Below, piece after piece: positions 1-8,979 of a stretch of DNA of 64,000 nt. The stretch lies in assembly GCA_046290225.1 (NCBI GenBank), contig JBKAGE010000008.1:1-64000 (forward strand), in the 5' to 3' direction. Each line of letters starts with the position of its first letter. Positions within the stretch are counted from its first letter, which is position 1. Source of the DNA: Bradymonadia bacterium (GTDB taxonomy: Bacteria > Myxococcota_A > Bradymonadia > UBA7976 > UBA1532). The position numbers and the translations under genes are program-made. The notes beneath the pieces are model-generated. The model worked only from the letters and a program-made list of their open reading frames with translations, was not told the DNA's origin and did no database searches.

Positions 1-31
1 TCCTGGTTTGGCTTGTCCTCCGCTACACCAC

Positions 32-56
32 AAAACCTACCCTCAAAAGGGGGGTT
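32..56 (-). terminator. Possible intrinsic terminator downstream of lpdA
   Basis: On the minus strand AACCCCCC-TTTT-GAGGGTAGGTT forms an imperfect hairpin running into TTTT, about 45 nt past the lpdA stop. Confidence 0.35.
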
Positions 57-99
57 GCGAATTGATAGAGAGTCCGTGCCCGTGCCCGAAACTCTCTTT

Positions 100-1509
100 T
101 CAGATGTTGATCGACATGCCCACGGCGGCGCGGGTGGCCTCCATCACCGCCTCCGACAGCGTCGGGTGGGGGTGAATCGCCTCGAGCATCTCGTGGTAGG
201 TCGTCTCGAGCTCCATGGCCGTCACCGCCTCGGCGATCAGCTCCGTGGCGTCGTAGCCGATGATGTGACAGCCGAGCATCTCACCGTACTTGGCGTCGTA
301 GATCACCTTCACAAAGCCCTCGGTGTGGCCCGCGGCAGAGGCCTTGCCCGAAGCGGTGAAGGGGAACTTGCCCACCTTCACGTCGAAGCCCTTGTCCTTG
401 GCGGCAGCCTCGGTGAGACCCACGCTGGCGATCTGGGGCTGGCAGTAAGTGCAGCCGGGGATGCGATCGCGCTTCATCGGGTGGGGGTTTTTCCCGGCGA
501 TGGCCTCGACGCAGATGATGCCCTCGTGGCTGGCCTTGTGGGCGAGCCAGGGGGGGCCGGCCACGTCGCCGATGGCGTAGATGCCCTCGATGTTGGTGCG
601 GCCGAACTCGTCGATCACGATGCGACCGGGCTCGGTCTTCACGCCCACAGCCTCGAGGCCGAGGTTCTCGATGTTGCCCACCACGCCCACGGCGCTGATG
701 ACCTGATCAGCCTCAAGGACCTCTTCGCCCTTCTTGGTCTTCACGGTGACCTTGAGGGGGCTGGCGCTGGTGTCGACGGACTGCACCATGGCGCTGGTCA
801 TGATGTTGATGCCCATCTTCTTGTACGCCCGGGCGAGCTCCTTGGAGCAGTCGGCGTCTTCCACGGGCACGACGCGATCCTGGGCCTCGATGATGGTGAC
901 CTCGGAGCCCATGTGCTTGTAGAAGTAGGCGAACTCGACGCCGATGGCGCCGGCACCGCAGATGACGAGACGCTCGGGGCGCTCTTTCTGCAGCATGGCG
1001 TCTTTGTAGGTGACGATGTTCTTGCCGTCGACCGGCAGGGGCGGGATCTCCCGGGCCCGGGCGCCGGTGGCGATGATGATGTGCTTGGCCTCGACGGTCT
1101 GCTCGGTGCCGATCTCGTTGCCGTCCATGTCGGTGGAAGGCGTGACCTTGATCTTGCCGCCACCGATGAGGGTGCCGTGACCCTCGATGACGTCGATCTT
1201 GTTCTTCTTCATCAGGTAGGCGACGCCCTTGTTCATCTTGCCGGCCACGGCGCGGCTGCGGTCGATGACCTTGGGGAAGTCGGGGCTCACGGTGCCATCG
1301 ATGGTGAGGCCGTAGGCCTCGAGATGGCTGACGTTGTAGGCCATCTCGGCGCTCTTGAGCAGCGCCTTGGTGGGGATGCACCCGATGTTGAGGCAGACCC
1401 CGCCGAGCTTGTTCTTCTCGATCACGGCGGTCTTGAAGCCGAGCTGGGTGGCCCGGATTGCGGTCTCATAGCCCCCAGGGCCGGTCCCGATGACGACGAC
1501 GTCGTACAT
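100..1509 (-). CDS. lpdA: Dihydrolipoyl dehydrogenase (E3)
   Basis: GTGPGG FAD-binding motif, redox disulfide GGVCLNIGCIPTK, GAGAIG NAD motif, C-terminal HPHPTLSE; AGGAG RBS. Confidence 0.97.
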   Translation of the reverse strand: MYDVVVIGTGPGGYETAIRATQLGFKTAVIEKNKLGGVCLNIGCIPTKALLKSAEMAYNVSHLEAYGLTIDGTVSPDFPKVIDRSRAVAGKMNKGVAYLMKKNKIDVIEGHGTLIGGGKIKVTPSTDMDGNEIGTEQTVEAKHIIIATGARAREIPPLPVDGKNIVTYKDAMLQKERPERLVICGAGAIGVEFAYFYKHMGSEVTIIEAQDRVVPVEDADCSKELARAYKKMGINIMTSAMVQSVDTSASPLKVTVKTKKGEEVLEADQVISAVGVVGNIENLGLEAVGVKTEPGRIVIDEFGRTNIEGIYAIGDVAGPPWLAHKASHEGIICVEAIAGKNPHPMKRDRIPGCTYCQPQIASVGLTEAAAKDKGFDVKVGKFPFTASGKASAAGHTEGFVKVIYDAKYGEMLGCHIIGYDATELIAEAVTAMELETTYHEMLEAIHPHPTLSEAVMEATRAAVGMSINI

Positions 1510-1610
1510 ATGTGCGTCTCCTGTGTGCGCTGGCGTGTTTCTGTCGGCGGCAGACTACGGCGCCAGGGTGTTACGGGCAAGTGGGATGCCCGAAGCTCAC
1601 AGGCAGATGC

Positions 1611-1946
1611 TCAGTCCAGCAAGACGTAGACATAATATTGGAATGCCGGGTCGAGGGGCTCATCGGCATGGTGGATGCCGGTGAACTGACACGCGTAATG
1701 GGCCTCGCCGTGATCCACGAGGCCCTCTTCGACCTCGATGGCGAAACGAGAAGAGCGGGTCAGGTAGAGCAACACCATCCGTGACCAGCCTTCCGCCGTG
1801 CTGTCCTCAGCACAGCGACGTGGATCAGTGGTGGCGCCGATGGTGAAGTGGTGATGGTGGTTGGCGTATTGCCCCAACATGCGCCGGCGGGTCTTCAAGG
1901 CGTGTTGGGGTGCGGTGGTGCTGCATCGATCTTGGACAATCATCAT
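1611..1946 (-). CDS. Small hypothetical protein, possibly degenerate GIY-YIG-like fold
   Basis: AGGAG RBS before ATG; FTIGATTDP...W-x2-M...A-x3-E-x2-L pattern; apparent distant paralog at 22452-22799. Confidence 0.65.
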   Translation of the reverse strand: MMIVQDRCSTTAPQHALKTRRRMLGQYANHHHHFTIGATTDPRRCAEDSTAEGWSRMVLLYLTRSSRFAIEVEEGLVDHGEAHYACQFTGIHHADEPLDPAFQYYVYVLLD

Positions 1947-2034
1947 GTACTCCTGATCGAGGGGTGATCACACCGTATCGACCCCTTTCTCAGGTGACAA
2001 TTGTCTTTCTGTTCTTTTGTTCAGTGTTTTGGCG

Positions 2035-2919
2035 TTAGACCAGATCACCCTGGCGCCAGCGTCGCCTGATGCGCCACAGGTCAGCGACCCCGAGGCCGAT
2101 CATGCCCCACGGAGGGTGAGAGCCCGGGCGTTGGATCCAGGCCACGGGGAACTGGGCCACGCGGAAGGGGCCCTGGTTCAAGATCATCAGCCACTCGCAG
2201 TCCATCGTGACCTGATCGATGCGGGCCTTGGAGACGAGGTGGTGCGCGGCGGCGTTGCCGAAGATCTTCATGGGGGCGTTGGTGTCGAGGTGGCTGGCGA
2301 GGGGGGGCAGCAGCGTGCGGGCGAGGCGGCTGTAGACCTTGCTCTTGAAACGGCCCAGCGTGCCAGCGCCCACCACCGCACCGCCGTGTGCCGGGGCTCG
2401 GGTGCCCATGGCGGCGTCGCACACGTCATCGAGGAGCAGGGCCCGCAGCCCCGTGGCCATGTGCTGGGCGTTCACCTTCAGGTTCAGGTTCACGTACACC
2501 ACAGCGTCGAGATCGGGCTTCCAGGACATCGCGGCCTGCATGCCGTCGAGGAGAGCCCGGCCTTTGAGTCCGCCCGGCTGGCGAGGGCCCCCGGTGAGCG
2601 GTACGCAGTGCAGTCGATCTTCAGTGAGCAGGGTGGCGGGCGCTGCGGCGAAGCCTGCTCGGACGGCGTCGGCAAAGTGAGCGTCTTCTGGGAGATCGTC
2701 CACGATCCAGATCGACCAGCGGACGGCGCCCCACGGCCCCTCTGTGGGACCGAAGATGTCGGTGATCTCGTTGATTTTGCTCAGGACCTGCTCGGCGACA
2801 GGCTCGAAGTCGGTGTCGTAACTGCACGCCACCACCGCGATCTCCACAGGCCGGGGCAGATCGGTGGTGAGCACTGCGGCGTGGGCCCGGGCGTGGTTTC
2901 TCAGCAGCTCTGCGCGCAT
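2035..2919 (-). CDS. Glycosyltransferase family 2-like protein (Dol-P glycosyltransferase-like), atypical
   Basis: WIVDD, KGRALLDG, GTR, DTNAPMKIF and DCEWL match the DPM/DPG synthase pattern; the DxD position reads NLN. Confidence 0.7.
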   Translation of the reverse strand: MRAELLRNHARAHAAVLTTDLPRPVEIAVVACSYDTDFEPVAEQVLSKINEITDIFGPTEGPWGAVRWSIWIVDDLPEDAHFADAVRAGFAAAPATLLTEDRLHCVPLTGGPRQPGGLKGRALLDGMQAAMSWKPDLDAVVYVNLNLKVNAQHMATGLRALLLDDVCDAAMGTRAPAHGGAVVGAGTLGRFKSKVYSRLARTLLPPLASHLDTNAPMKIFGNAAAHHLVSKARIDQVTMDCEWLMILNQGPFRVAQFPVAWIQRPGSHPPWGMIGLGVADLWRIRRRWRQGDLV

Positions 2920-2976
2920 GGATGATTCACCGACACGTGATCTCGTCCGGCAGTCTGGGGGAAGCCCTCAGAAGCG

Positions 2977-4536
2977 TCAACGTCGCCTGCGATCGCCTCT
3001 GCGGGTGGCCAGGGCGAGGGGCACCAGCCACAGCAACCAGGCGCTGGGGCCCCGGGGGCCCTGAGTACAGTCGTCGCCTCCGCCGCCACCACCAGAGACG
3101 CCACCATCATTGAAGCCGGCGTCTTGAGGAGGTGCGTCGCCGCCAGAGCCACCAGCGGGGGCGCCGCCCATGGCGCCTGAGCCACCTGTGGGCGCGCCGC
3201 CAGCGCCACCCGTCTGACCACCACCAGCACCGCCGGCAGGGTTGGCGTCTGGCGGGTCTACACCTGCATCTGCGTTTAGATCGGCGTCGGGGCGATCGGG
3301 CCCTGCGTCGGGTGTACCGGGGCCGGCATCGGGCATCATCCCGGCATCGGGCTGGTTGAAGGGGATCTCGCACTCCGCAGGGGGCGGCTCGGGTGAGGCG
3401 TCGTCACATATGCCGCCCACGGGCACGCCAGGGCAGAGGCTGTCGCAACACTGCCGTGCTTGATCCTCAGGGGCACACTGCCAGCGGCTGTCGATCAGTT
3501 CGAAGCGGGTGAAGATGGGCTGCCACGTCTCGCCGAAGTCGTCACTGGCGCCGAGCACCCACGGACCGCCGAAGAACACATTGCTGCAGCCCCAGAGTCG
3601 ATCGCTCCCTGCTTCCCGGTCGAGGCAGAGCAATGGGGTGACCTCCGGCGCGGGGTTGAAGGTGCGACCGCCGTCTTCGCTCAACAGCGGATCACCAAAC
3701 GCCGACACCACCAGCGCGCGCTCGCCGGCCTGATCGAAGACCATCTTCACGGGGAAGTCGGTGAGCTCCTGCACGGTGACCCAGTCCTGCCCCAGGTTGT
3801 CGGAGCGGATCAGGTACGAGGTGGGGAAGCGCTCGATGATGGCATAGAGCTCGTTTTGATGGTTCGCCGGTGCCGCCAGCAGCACCATCTCTTGCAGGGT
3901 GGCGTTGAGCGCTGGGGGGCCGAGCTTCATGGGCTCGAAGGCGCGGCCGCCGTCTTCACTGACGAAGGCGCCGCCCTGACCGATCAGATAGAGATGGTTG
4001 GGATCAGTCTCCGAGCGCACGAGTTGCCAGAGCGGCCCACGTAGATCGAGACCGGCGCCAGTCCAGGTTTCACCACCGTCTTCGGTGACATAGACGTCGT
4101 TGCGCTCTCCGAAGGTGTCGGTGGCCACGGCGAGCTCGAGGGGACGATCAGGCCGGGGCGAGATGGTCACCGGGCGCACTGTGTCCACCGGGGCAGGGGC
4201 CCGCTCGAAGTTACAGCCGCCATCCGTGGTGATGTATAGGCCCGCGGCGGTGGCCAGCACCCACCGATCAGCAGTGAGCGGAGCCACCCCCAGAATGCCG
4301 GCGCTCGGGGCCACTGAGTCTTCACAGAGCCATTCAATGGTGTAGCCCTCGCCCTCGGGGCGCGCCACATAGACCCCCTGGTTGTCGGTGAGGGCCCAGG
4401 CGCTCCCGGGGAACTGAGAGGGGAAGATGATGCGCGTGACCTGTGGCTGACCGCCATGGGCCATGGCACTGGTCGTCATCGTACAGGGCAGGAGCGCTGC
4501 GCAGAGGAAGGGAGCGAGGGCAGACAGTCTGATCAC
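2977..4536 (-). CDS. Secreted BNR/Asp-box beta-propeller protein with MYXO-CTERM-like tail
   Basis: Signal peptide; repeated [ST]-x-D-G-G-x-[TS]-[WF] Asp-boxes; PDAG/Gly-rich linker; Cys + TM + poly-Arg C-terminus. Confidence 0.85.
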   Translation of the reverse strand: MIRLSALAPFLCAALLPCTMTTSAMAHGGQPQVTRIIFPSQFPGSAWALTDNQGVYVARPEGEGYTIEWLCEDSVAPSAGILGVAPLTADRWVLATAAGLYITTDGGCNFERAPAPVDTVRPVTISPRPDRPLELAVATDTFGERNDVYVTEDGGETWTGAGLDLRGPLWQLVRSETDPNHLYLIGQGGAFVSEDGGRAFEPMKLGPPALNATLQEMVLLAAPANHQNELYAIIERFPTSYLIRSDNLGQDWVTVQELTDFPVKMVFDQAGERALVVSAFGDPLLSEDGGRTFNPAPEVTPLLCLDREAGSDRLWGCSNVFFGGPWVLGASDDFGETWQPIFTRFELIDSRWQCAPEDQARQCCDSLCPGVPVGGICDDASPEPPPAECEIPFNQPDAGMMPDAGPGTPDAGPDRPDADLNADAGVDPPDANPAGGAGGGQTGGAGGAPTGGSGAMGGAPAGGSGGDAPPQDAGFNDGGVSGGGGGGDDCTQGPRGPSAWLLWLVPLALATRRGDRRRR

Positions 4537-4588
4537 AGGCGGGCACTCATAGGCTGAACGTCAGGTGCTGATCATCAACCGCTGATGA

Positions 4589-6916
4589 TCAGGGCATGAT
4601 GCCCATGTCGGGCATCTCTTCAGGATCCGCGTCCGCCTCGTCGGGCACGCCAGCATCCTCATCAATGATGCCCATGTCGTCTTCTGGGATGCCCATGTCT
4701 GCATCATCGGGCACACCGGCGTCTTCATCAGGGCCGCCGAGCGCCGGGCGACACAGCGGGGCGAAGTCGATGGGGGCCAGAGGCTCTTCGACCTCGTCGT
4801 TGGGTACCACGTCGAGATCGTCGCCGGTGATGGTCACTCGGGCCCGGCCGGAGTTGTTGGTGTAGTCGAGCTCGTACAGCTCGTCGCAGGGGTTGGTGGT
4901 CACCACCAGGTCGTAGGTGCCGTCGGGCACGTCGGTGATGTCGATCCACTGACACTGCAGGTTGCGGGAGTAAGTGTCCTGGCAGCCGGCGGTGATGCCC
5001 TGGTTGCGGCCGTTGTAGCCCACGCAGCCATCGACGGCGATCTCGGGGTCGTACACCCCAATGTCGATGACGGAGAAGCCGTTCTTCGAGCCGATGGGCA
5101 GCAACTCACCCGTCTCGACGTTCACCAGATCGTATCGGGCGTAGGCCTCGAAGTGGAAGTGGCCGTGGCACTCGTCCCAGTACCAGAAGTCGAGGCCGGC
5201 GTCGGGGGTGCCCAGCTGCAAGTCTTCGTTGCCCACGTTGGCGATGCGGGTGCCGAAGCGCAGGATCTTACGGCGCCCGGTGCCCCGGACGCAGCGCTCG
5301 TTCACCAGACACTGATCTTCGACGTCGAGGTATTCGATGCCCGCGGTGTTGGCGAGGTAGGGCTGATCGATGAGGAGATCGGGGCCCTGGGGGCAGGCCT
5401 CGGCGTCGGAGGGCTCCAGCCCGGTGTCACCACCGACACAGACGCCGCACACATCCTCGTACGCTTCACCAAAGCAGACGCCGTTGCAGTCCATGTCGGC
5501 ATTGGCCACCTGACCCGTGGCGCCGCCGGTGCAGGCGCCACACTCGTCCTCCACGGCGAGGCCACCGCGCATGCCGGAGCAGTCCGGCTGGCAGGAGCGC
5601 ACCTGAGAGACGGCATAGATGTAGACCTCACCGGCGCCTCGGGTGGGGTTGAGATCATCCCAGAAGGGGGCCAGCGTGGGGCCGATGTTCCCCACGGGGA
5701 ACACCTCGTTCGAGTAGCCGCCAATGCGCTCGCTGAGACTGACCAGGCCGTTGGCGCTGATGTTGATCTGGTCGTAATTGCCCCCATAGAAGGGGAACTC
5801 GAAGTTCAGCTCCTGCACCACGGTGCCGTCGTCGGCGAGCTCGAGGGGGATGCCCACGTCGCGGATGTCCACCCAGGGGTGTTGGATGGCGTAATCCACC
5901 TCGGCGCGGCCATCTTCGGGGCGGTGGAAGAAGTAGACCACCGGGTGATCAGTGACGAACTCGTTGTTGTGGCTCAGGTTGATGGGTCGATCACCCGCAT
6001 CGCCCTGAATGCCCACGGTGGCCGAGGCCCCGAAGGGCTGCACCTGGTTGTACAAGAACGCGAAGTCGCCGTTTTCGTAGAGCACCAGCTGGAACGTGTA
6101 GGGGCCATGATCGCCACGGAAGGGCCGAATGTCGGTCCATTGGATGACATAGCGGGCGGCCTCCATGTGGCAGAGGTCACACACATCAGGGATCTCGTCA
6201 CCATCTCGATCATCGACAAAAGGCTCGCGACCTGTGGTGCCACCCACACAGCGGGTGCAGCCATCTTCATAGGCCTCACCAAAGCAGACACCCACACAGT
6301 CCATATCGGCGTTGCGGCCGGCACACACACCGCATTGGTCGGTGTCGTTGGTCGTACAGAAGGGCTCTGGATCGCCGCCCTCGGCGACGAAGCCCTCGGG
6401 CTGCTCGCAACTCTCGATGCGGGAGAGATCGTCACCGAGGCCATCGTCATCTTGGTCGGCAAACCAGGCCGTCACGCCGGCGCCACCACACACACCGCAT
6501 TGATCAGTGTCGTCGGTGGCGCATTCCGGTTGAGGATCGCCACCTTCGGCGACGAAGCCCTCGGGCTGAGCGCAGGCTTCTACGGTGATGCGATCGTCGC
6601 CAGCGCCGTCATCGTCTTGATCGGCATACCAGGTCGACGGACCGTCACCACCACACACACCACACATGTCTTCTGGTGCATCAGGAGGACAACCCTCAGG
6701 CTCAGGCTCTGCATCAGGTGTCGGGAGGGCCGCGTCTGGATCGGGCTCAGGCTCGGGGGTGGCGTCAGGCGCTGGTGGGGTGGTGCTGGCGTCACCTTCG
6801 ACGGTACTCGCGTCCGCGCCTCCTGCGTCGTCAGAAGTGGGATCATCCGACTCTTCGACACATCCCTGAGCGCTCAGAGCCAGCGCAAGGGACATCAACA
6901 GCAATCTCCACCTCAT
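4589..6916 (-). CDS. Lysyl oxidase family lipoprotein with Cys/Asp-rich repeats and NIDO-like domain
   Basis: GGAGG RBS; lipobox AQGC; DxCGVCGG and WYADQDDDG repeats; LOX motifs LRF, WYWDECHGHFH, GSKNGF, QGITAGCQDTY, CQWIDITDV, ELDYTNN. Confidence 0.88.
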   Translation of the reverse strand: MRWRLLLMSLALALSAQGCVEESDDPTSDDAGGADASTVEGDASTTPPAPDATPEPEPDPDAALPTPDAEPEPEGCPPDAPEDMCGVCGGDGPSTWYADQDDDGAGDDRITVEACAQPEGFVAEGGDPQPECATDDTDQCGVCGGAGVTAWFADQDDDGLGDDLSRIESCEQPEGFVAEGGDPEPFCTTNDTDQCGVCAGRNADMDCVGVCFGEAYEDGCTRCVGGTTGREPFVDDRDGDEIPDVCDLCHMEAARYVIQWTDIRPFRGDHGPYTFQLVLYENGDFAFLYNQVQPFGASATVGIQGDAGDRPINLSHNNEFVTDHPVVYFFHRPEDGRAEVDYAIQHPWVDIRDVGIPLELADDGTVVQELNFEFPFYGGNYDQINISANGLVSLSERIGGYSNEVFPVGNIGPTLAPFWDDLNPTRGAGEVYIYAVSQVRSCQPDCSGMRGGLAVEDECGACTGGATGQVANADMDCNGVCFGEAYEDVCGVCVGGDTGLEPSDAEACPQGPDLLIDQPYLANTAGIEYLDVEDQCLVNERCVRGTGRRKILRFGTRIANVGNEDLQLGTPDAGLDFWYWDECHGHFHFEAYARYDLVNVETGELLPIGSKNGFSVIDIGVYDPEIAVDGCVGYNGRNQGITAGCQDTYSRNLQCQWIDITDVPDGTYDLVVTTNPCDELYELDYTNNSGRARVTITGDDLDVVPNDEVEEPLAPIDFAPLCRPALGGPDEDAGVPDDADMGIPEDDMGIIDEDAGVPDEADADPEEMPDMGIMP

Positions 6917-7223
6917 AGCAGGGCCTCCAATCTGGTGACATGGCTCTCCCATGGACCAGCTTTCACAACGAACAGGTGGTAGGCGAAGTGAAGTTTATTA
7001 CCCATCTTCATATGTGAGCGTTCGTGGCACTGCTGCGTCTTCTGATCATGGCGGTGATCGAACAACATCTGTGCACCCACCTGCTCGGAGCAGTGGCTCG
7101 TGTCATCGAGCCTCGACACGGTATCGGCAGCTGCGCAATCGCCGCCAAAGGTGGGGACTTAAACTTTGATAGGGCAAGGGCGGAGGGGGCAACATCTGGA
7201 CTGGCGATGTCACCAGGGCAGGA

Positions 7224-8840
7224 TCAGAGCTTCTCGAGATCAGTCTTGCGATTGGGGATCGGTGCCGGTGTGAGCACCAGCTGCTCTCGATAGCGCGACT
7301 CCAGGTCGTCCCATTCCACTGCGAAAGAGCCCCCTGTGGATTCTTGTTGTCGCTGTGCGCTGGCCAGCAGCTCGAGGCAGGCGTGGTCGATGTAGGCCAG
7401 CGAGCCGGCGTGTACGTGCACCTCGGTGCCTCGGGGCAGGGCTTCGAGGGCCTCGGCGAGGGTGGGCAGGGCCACGAAGGTCGCGGCGCCGTGCAGGTGC
7501 AGGTCGACCCGGTTGCCTGTCTGGGACTGCTTCACGTCGAGGCGGGAGAACTTGAGCAGCAACTTCGCCGCGGCGAGGGCGATGCCCACCAGCACACCCG
7601 TGAGCAGATCAGAGGCCACGATGAGGGCTACGGTGACCGCGTAGATGGCCATCTCGCCCTTGGAGAAGCGCCAGAGCTTCAGGGCCGCCTTGGGGTTCAT
7701 CAGTTTGTAGCCCGTGTAGACGAGGATCGCCCCCAGGCTGGCCCGGGGGATGGCCTCGAGTACGAAGGGCAGAGCCACAACGAGGATCAACAACCAGAGG
7801 CCGTGGGCCACGGCGGAGATGCGGGTCTGTGCGCCGGCGTCGACGTTGGCGGAGCTGCGGACGATGACCCCGGTCATGGGCAGGGCACCGAAGACGCCAC
7901 AGATGAGGTTGCCCACGCCCTGGGCAGCCAGCTCGCGATCGTAATTGGTGCGGGCCCCTTCGTGCATCTGATCCACCGCTGAGGCGCAGAGCAGTGTCTC
8001 GGCGCTGGCGATCACTGCGATGCCCACCACCGTGAGGAAGAAGTCGTGATCGAGCAGCATCACGAAGTCGGCGGGGTTGGGGAAGTTCAGGCTCTCGACG
8101 AAGTTGGCGGGGATCTCGACGTAGTTGATGCTCTCGAGCTGGAAGAAGTGCGCCGCGAGGCTTGCCGCCACAACAGCGATGAGGGCCCCAGGCAGGGCCT
8201 TGAGGGCCTTCGGGCGGAACGTGTTCCACAGCACGAGGGTGACCAGCGTGAGCATGCCGATGGCGGCGGCGATGTGATGACTTGACCCCTCGATGGGGAT
8301 CACGCCCTTCTGAATGGCTTCGGGGATCGAGAGCAGGTTGTCGATCCCGGTCTTGCGCGGGGCGTCATCCACCATGAAGTGGAACTGACTGGCGAAGATG
8401 AGTACCCCGATGCCGGCGAGCATGCCTTGAATCACCGCTGGTGATGTGGCCCGGAACCATCGCCCCAACTTGAGCCAGCCAGCGATGAACTGCATGGCCC
8501 CTGCAGAGAACACGGCCACCCCGAGCATGGGGACGCCGTGGGTGGTGACGAACTCGAGGACCAGCACCGCGAGGCCCGCAGCAGGGCCGCTCACCTGGAG
8601 AGGGGAGCCGGTGATGAAGCCCACCACCAGACCACCGACGATGCCTGTGATCAGGCCCAGAGATTCCGGGACCCCCGAGGCGCCGGCAATGCCCATGCAC
8701 AGAGGAAGGGCCACCAGGAACACCACCACCGAGGCCATGAGCTCTCGGGCAGGGGCGAGCTTGAAACCTGGCTGATGGAACTCGAAGAACATTTTCTTCA
8801 TGGAAGAAGACGCTGGTTTGTCAGGAAGGGGTTGGTTCAT
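7224..8840 (-). CDS. SulP/SLC26 inorganic anion transporter
   Basis: VVFLVALPLCMGIA, QVSGPAAGL, QGVGN, PMTGVIVRSSAN; many TM helices; reduced STAS-like C-terminus; start chosen by GAGGA RBS. Confidence 0.93.
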   Translation of the reverse strand: MNQPLPDKPASSSMKKMFFEFHQPGFKLAPARELMASVVVFLVALPLCMGIAGASGVPESLGLITGIVGGLVVGFITGSPLQVSGPAAGLAVLVLEFVTTHGVPMLGVAVFSAGAMQFIAGWLKLGRWFRATSPAVIQGMLAGIGVLIFASQFHFMVDDAPRKTGIDNLLSIPEAIQKGVIPIEGSSHHIAAAIGMLTLVTLVLWNTFRPKALKALPGALIAVVAASLAAHFFQLESINYVEIPANFVESLNFPNPADFVMLLDHDFFLTVVGIAVIASAETLLCASAVDQMHEGARTNYDRELAAQGVGNLICGVFGALPMTGVIVRSSANVDAGAQTRISAVAHGLWLLILVVALPFVLEAIPRASLGAILVYTGYKLMNPKAALKLWRFSKGEMAIYAVTVALIVASDLLTGVLVGIALAAAKLLLKFSRLDVKQSQTGNRVDLHLHGAATFVALPTLAEALEALPRGTEVHVHAGSLAYIDHACLELLASAQRQQESTGGSFAVEWDDLESRYREQLVLTPAPIPNRKTDLEKL

Positions 8841-8979
8841 ACCACACGTCCTCATTTGCACGAATTAGGGTTCGTGCATGAGTGTGCGCCCATAGAACAG
8901 TGCTTACAACTGATTCGGCAAAAAAAGATATGCCTGAGGCAAGTAAGGCGAGGGGCCCCTCACAGAAGGTGAGCTGGAC

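Noticed and set aside
6920..7220. Short ORFs between the LOX and SulP genes
   Set aside because: No RBS or motifs; the AT-richer stretch looks like the LOX promoter region
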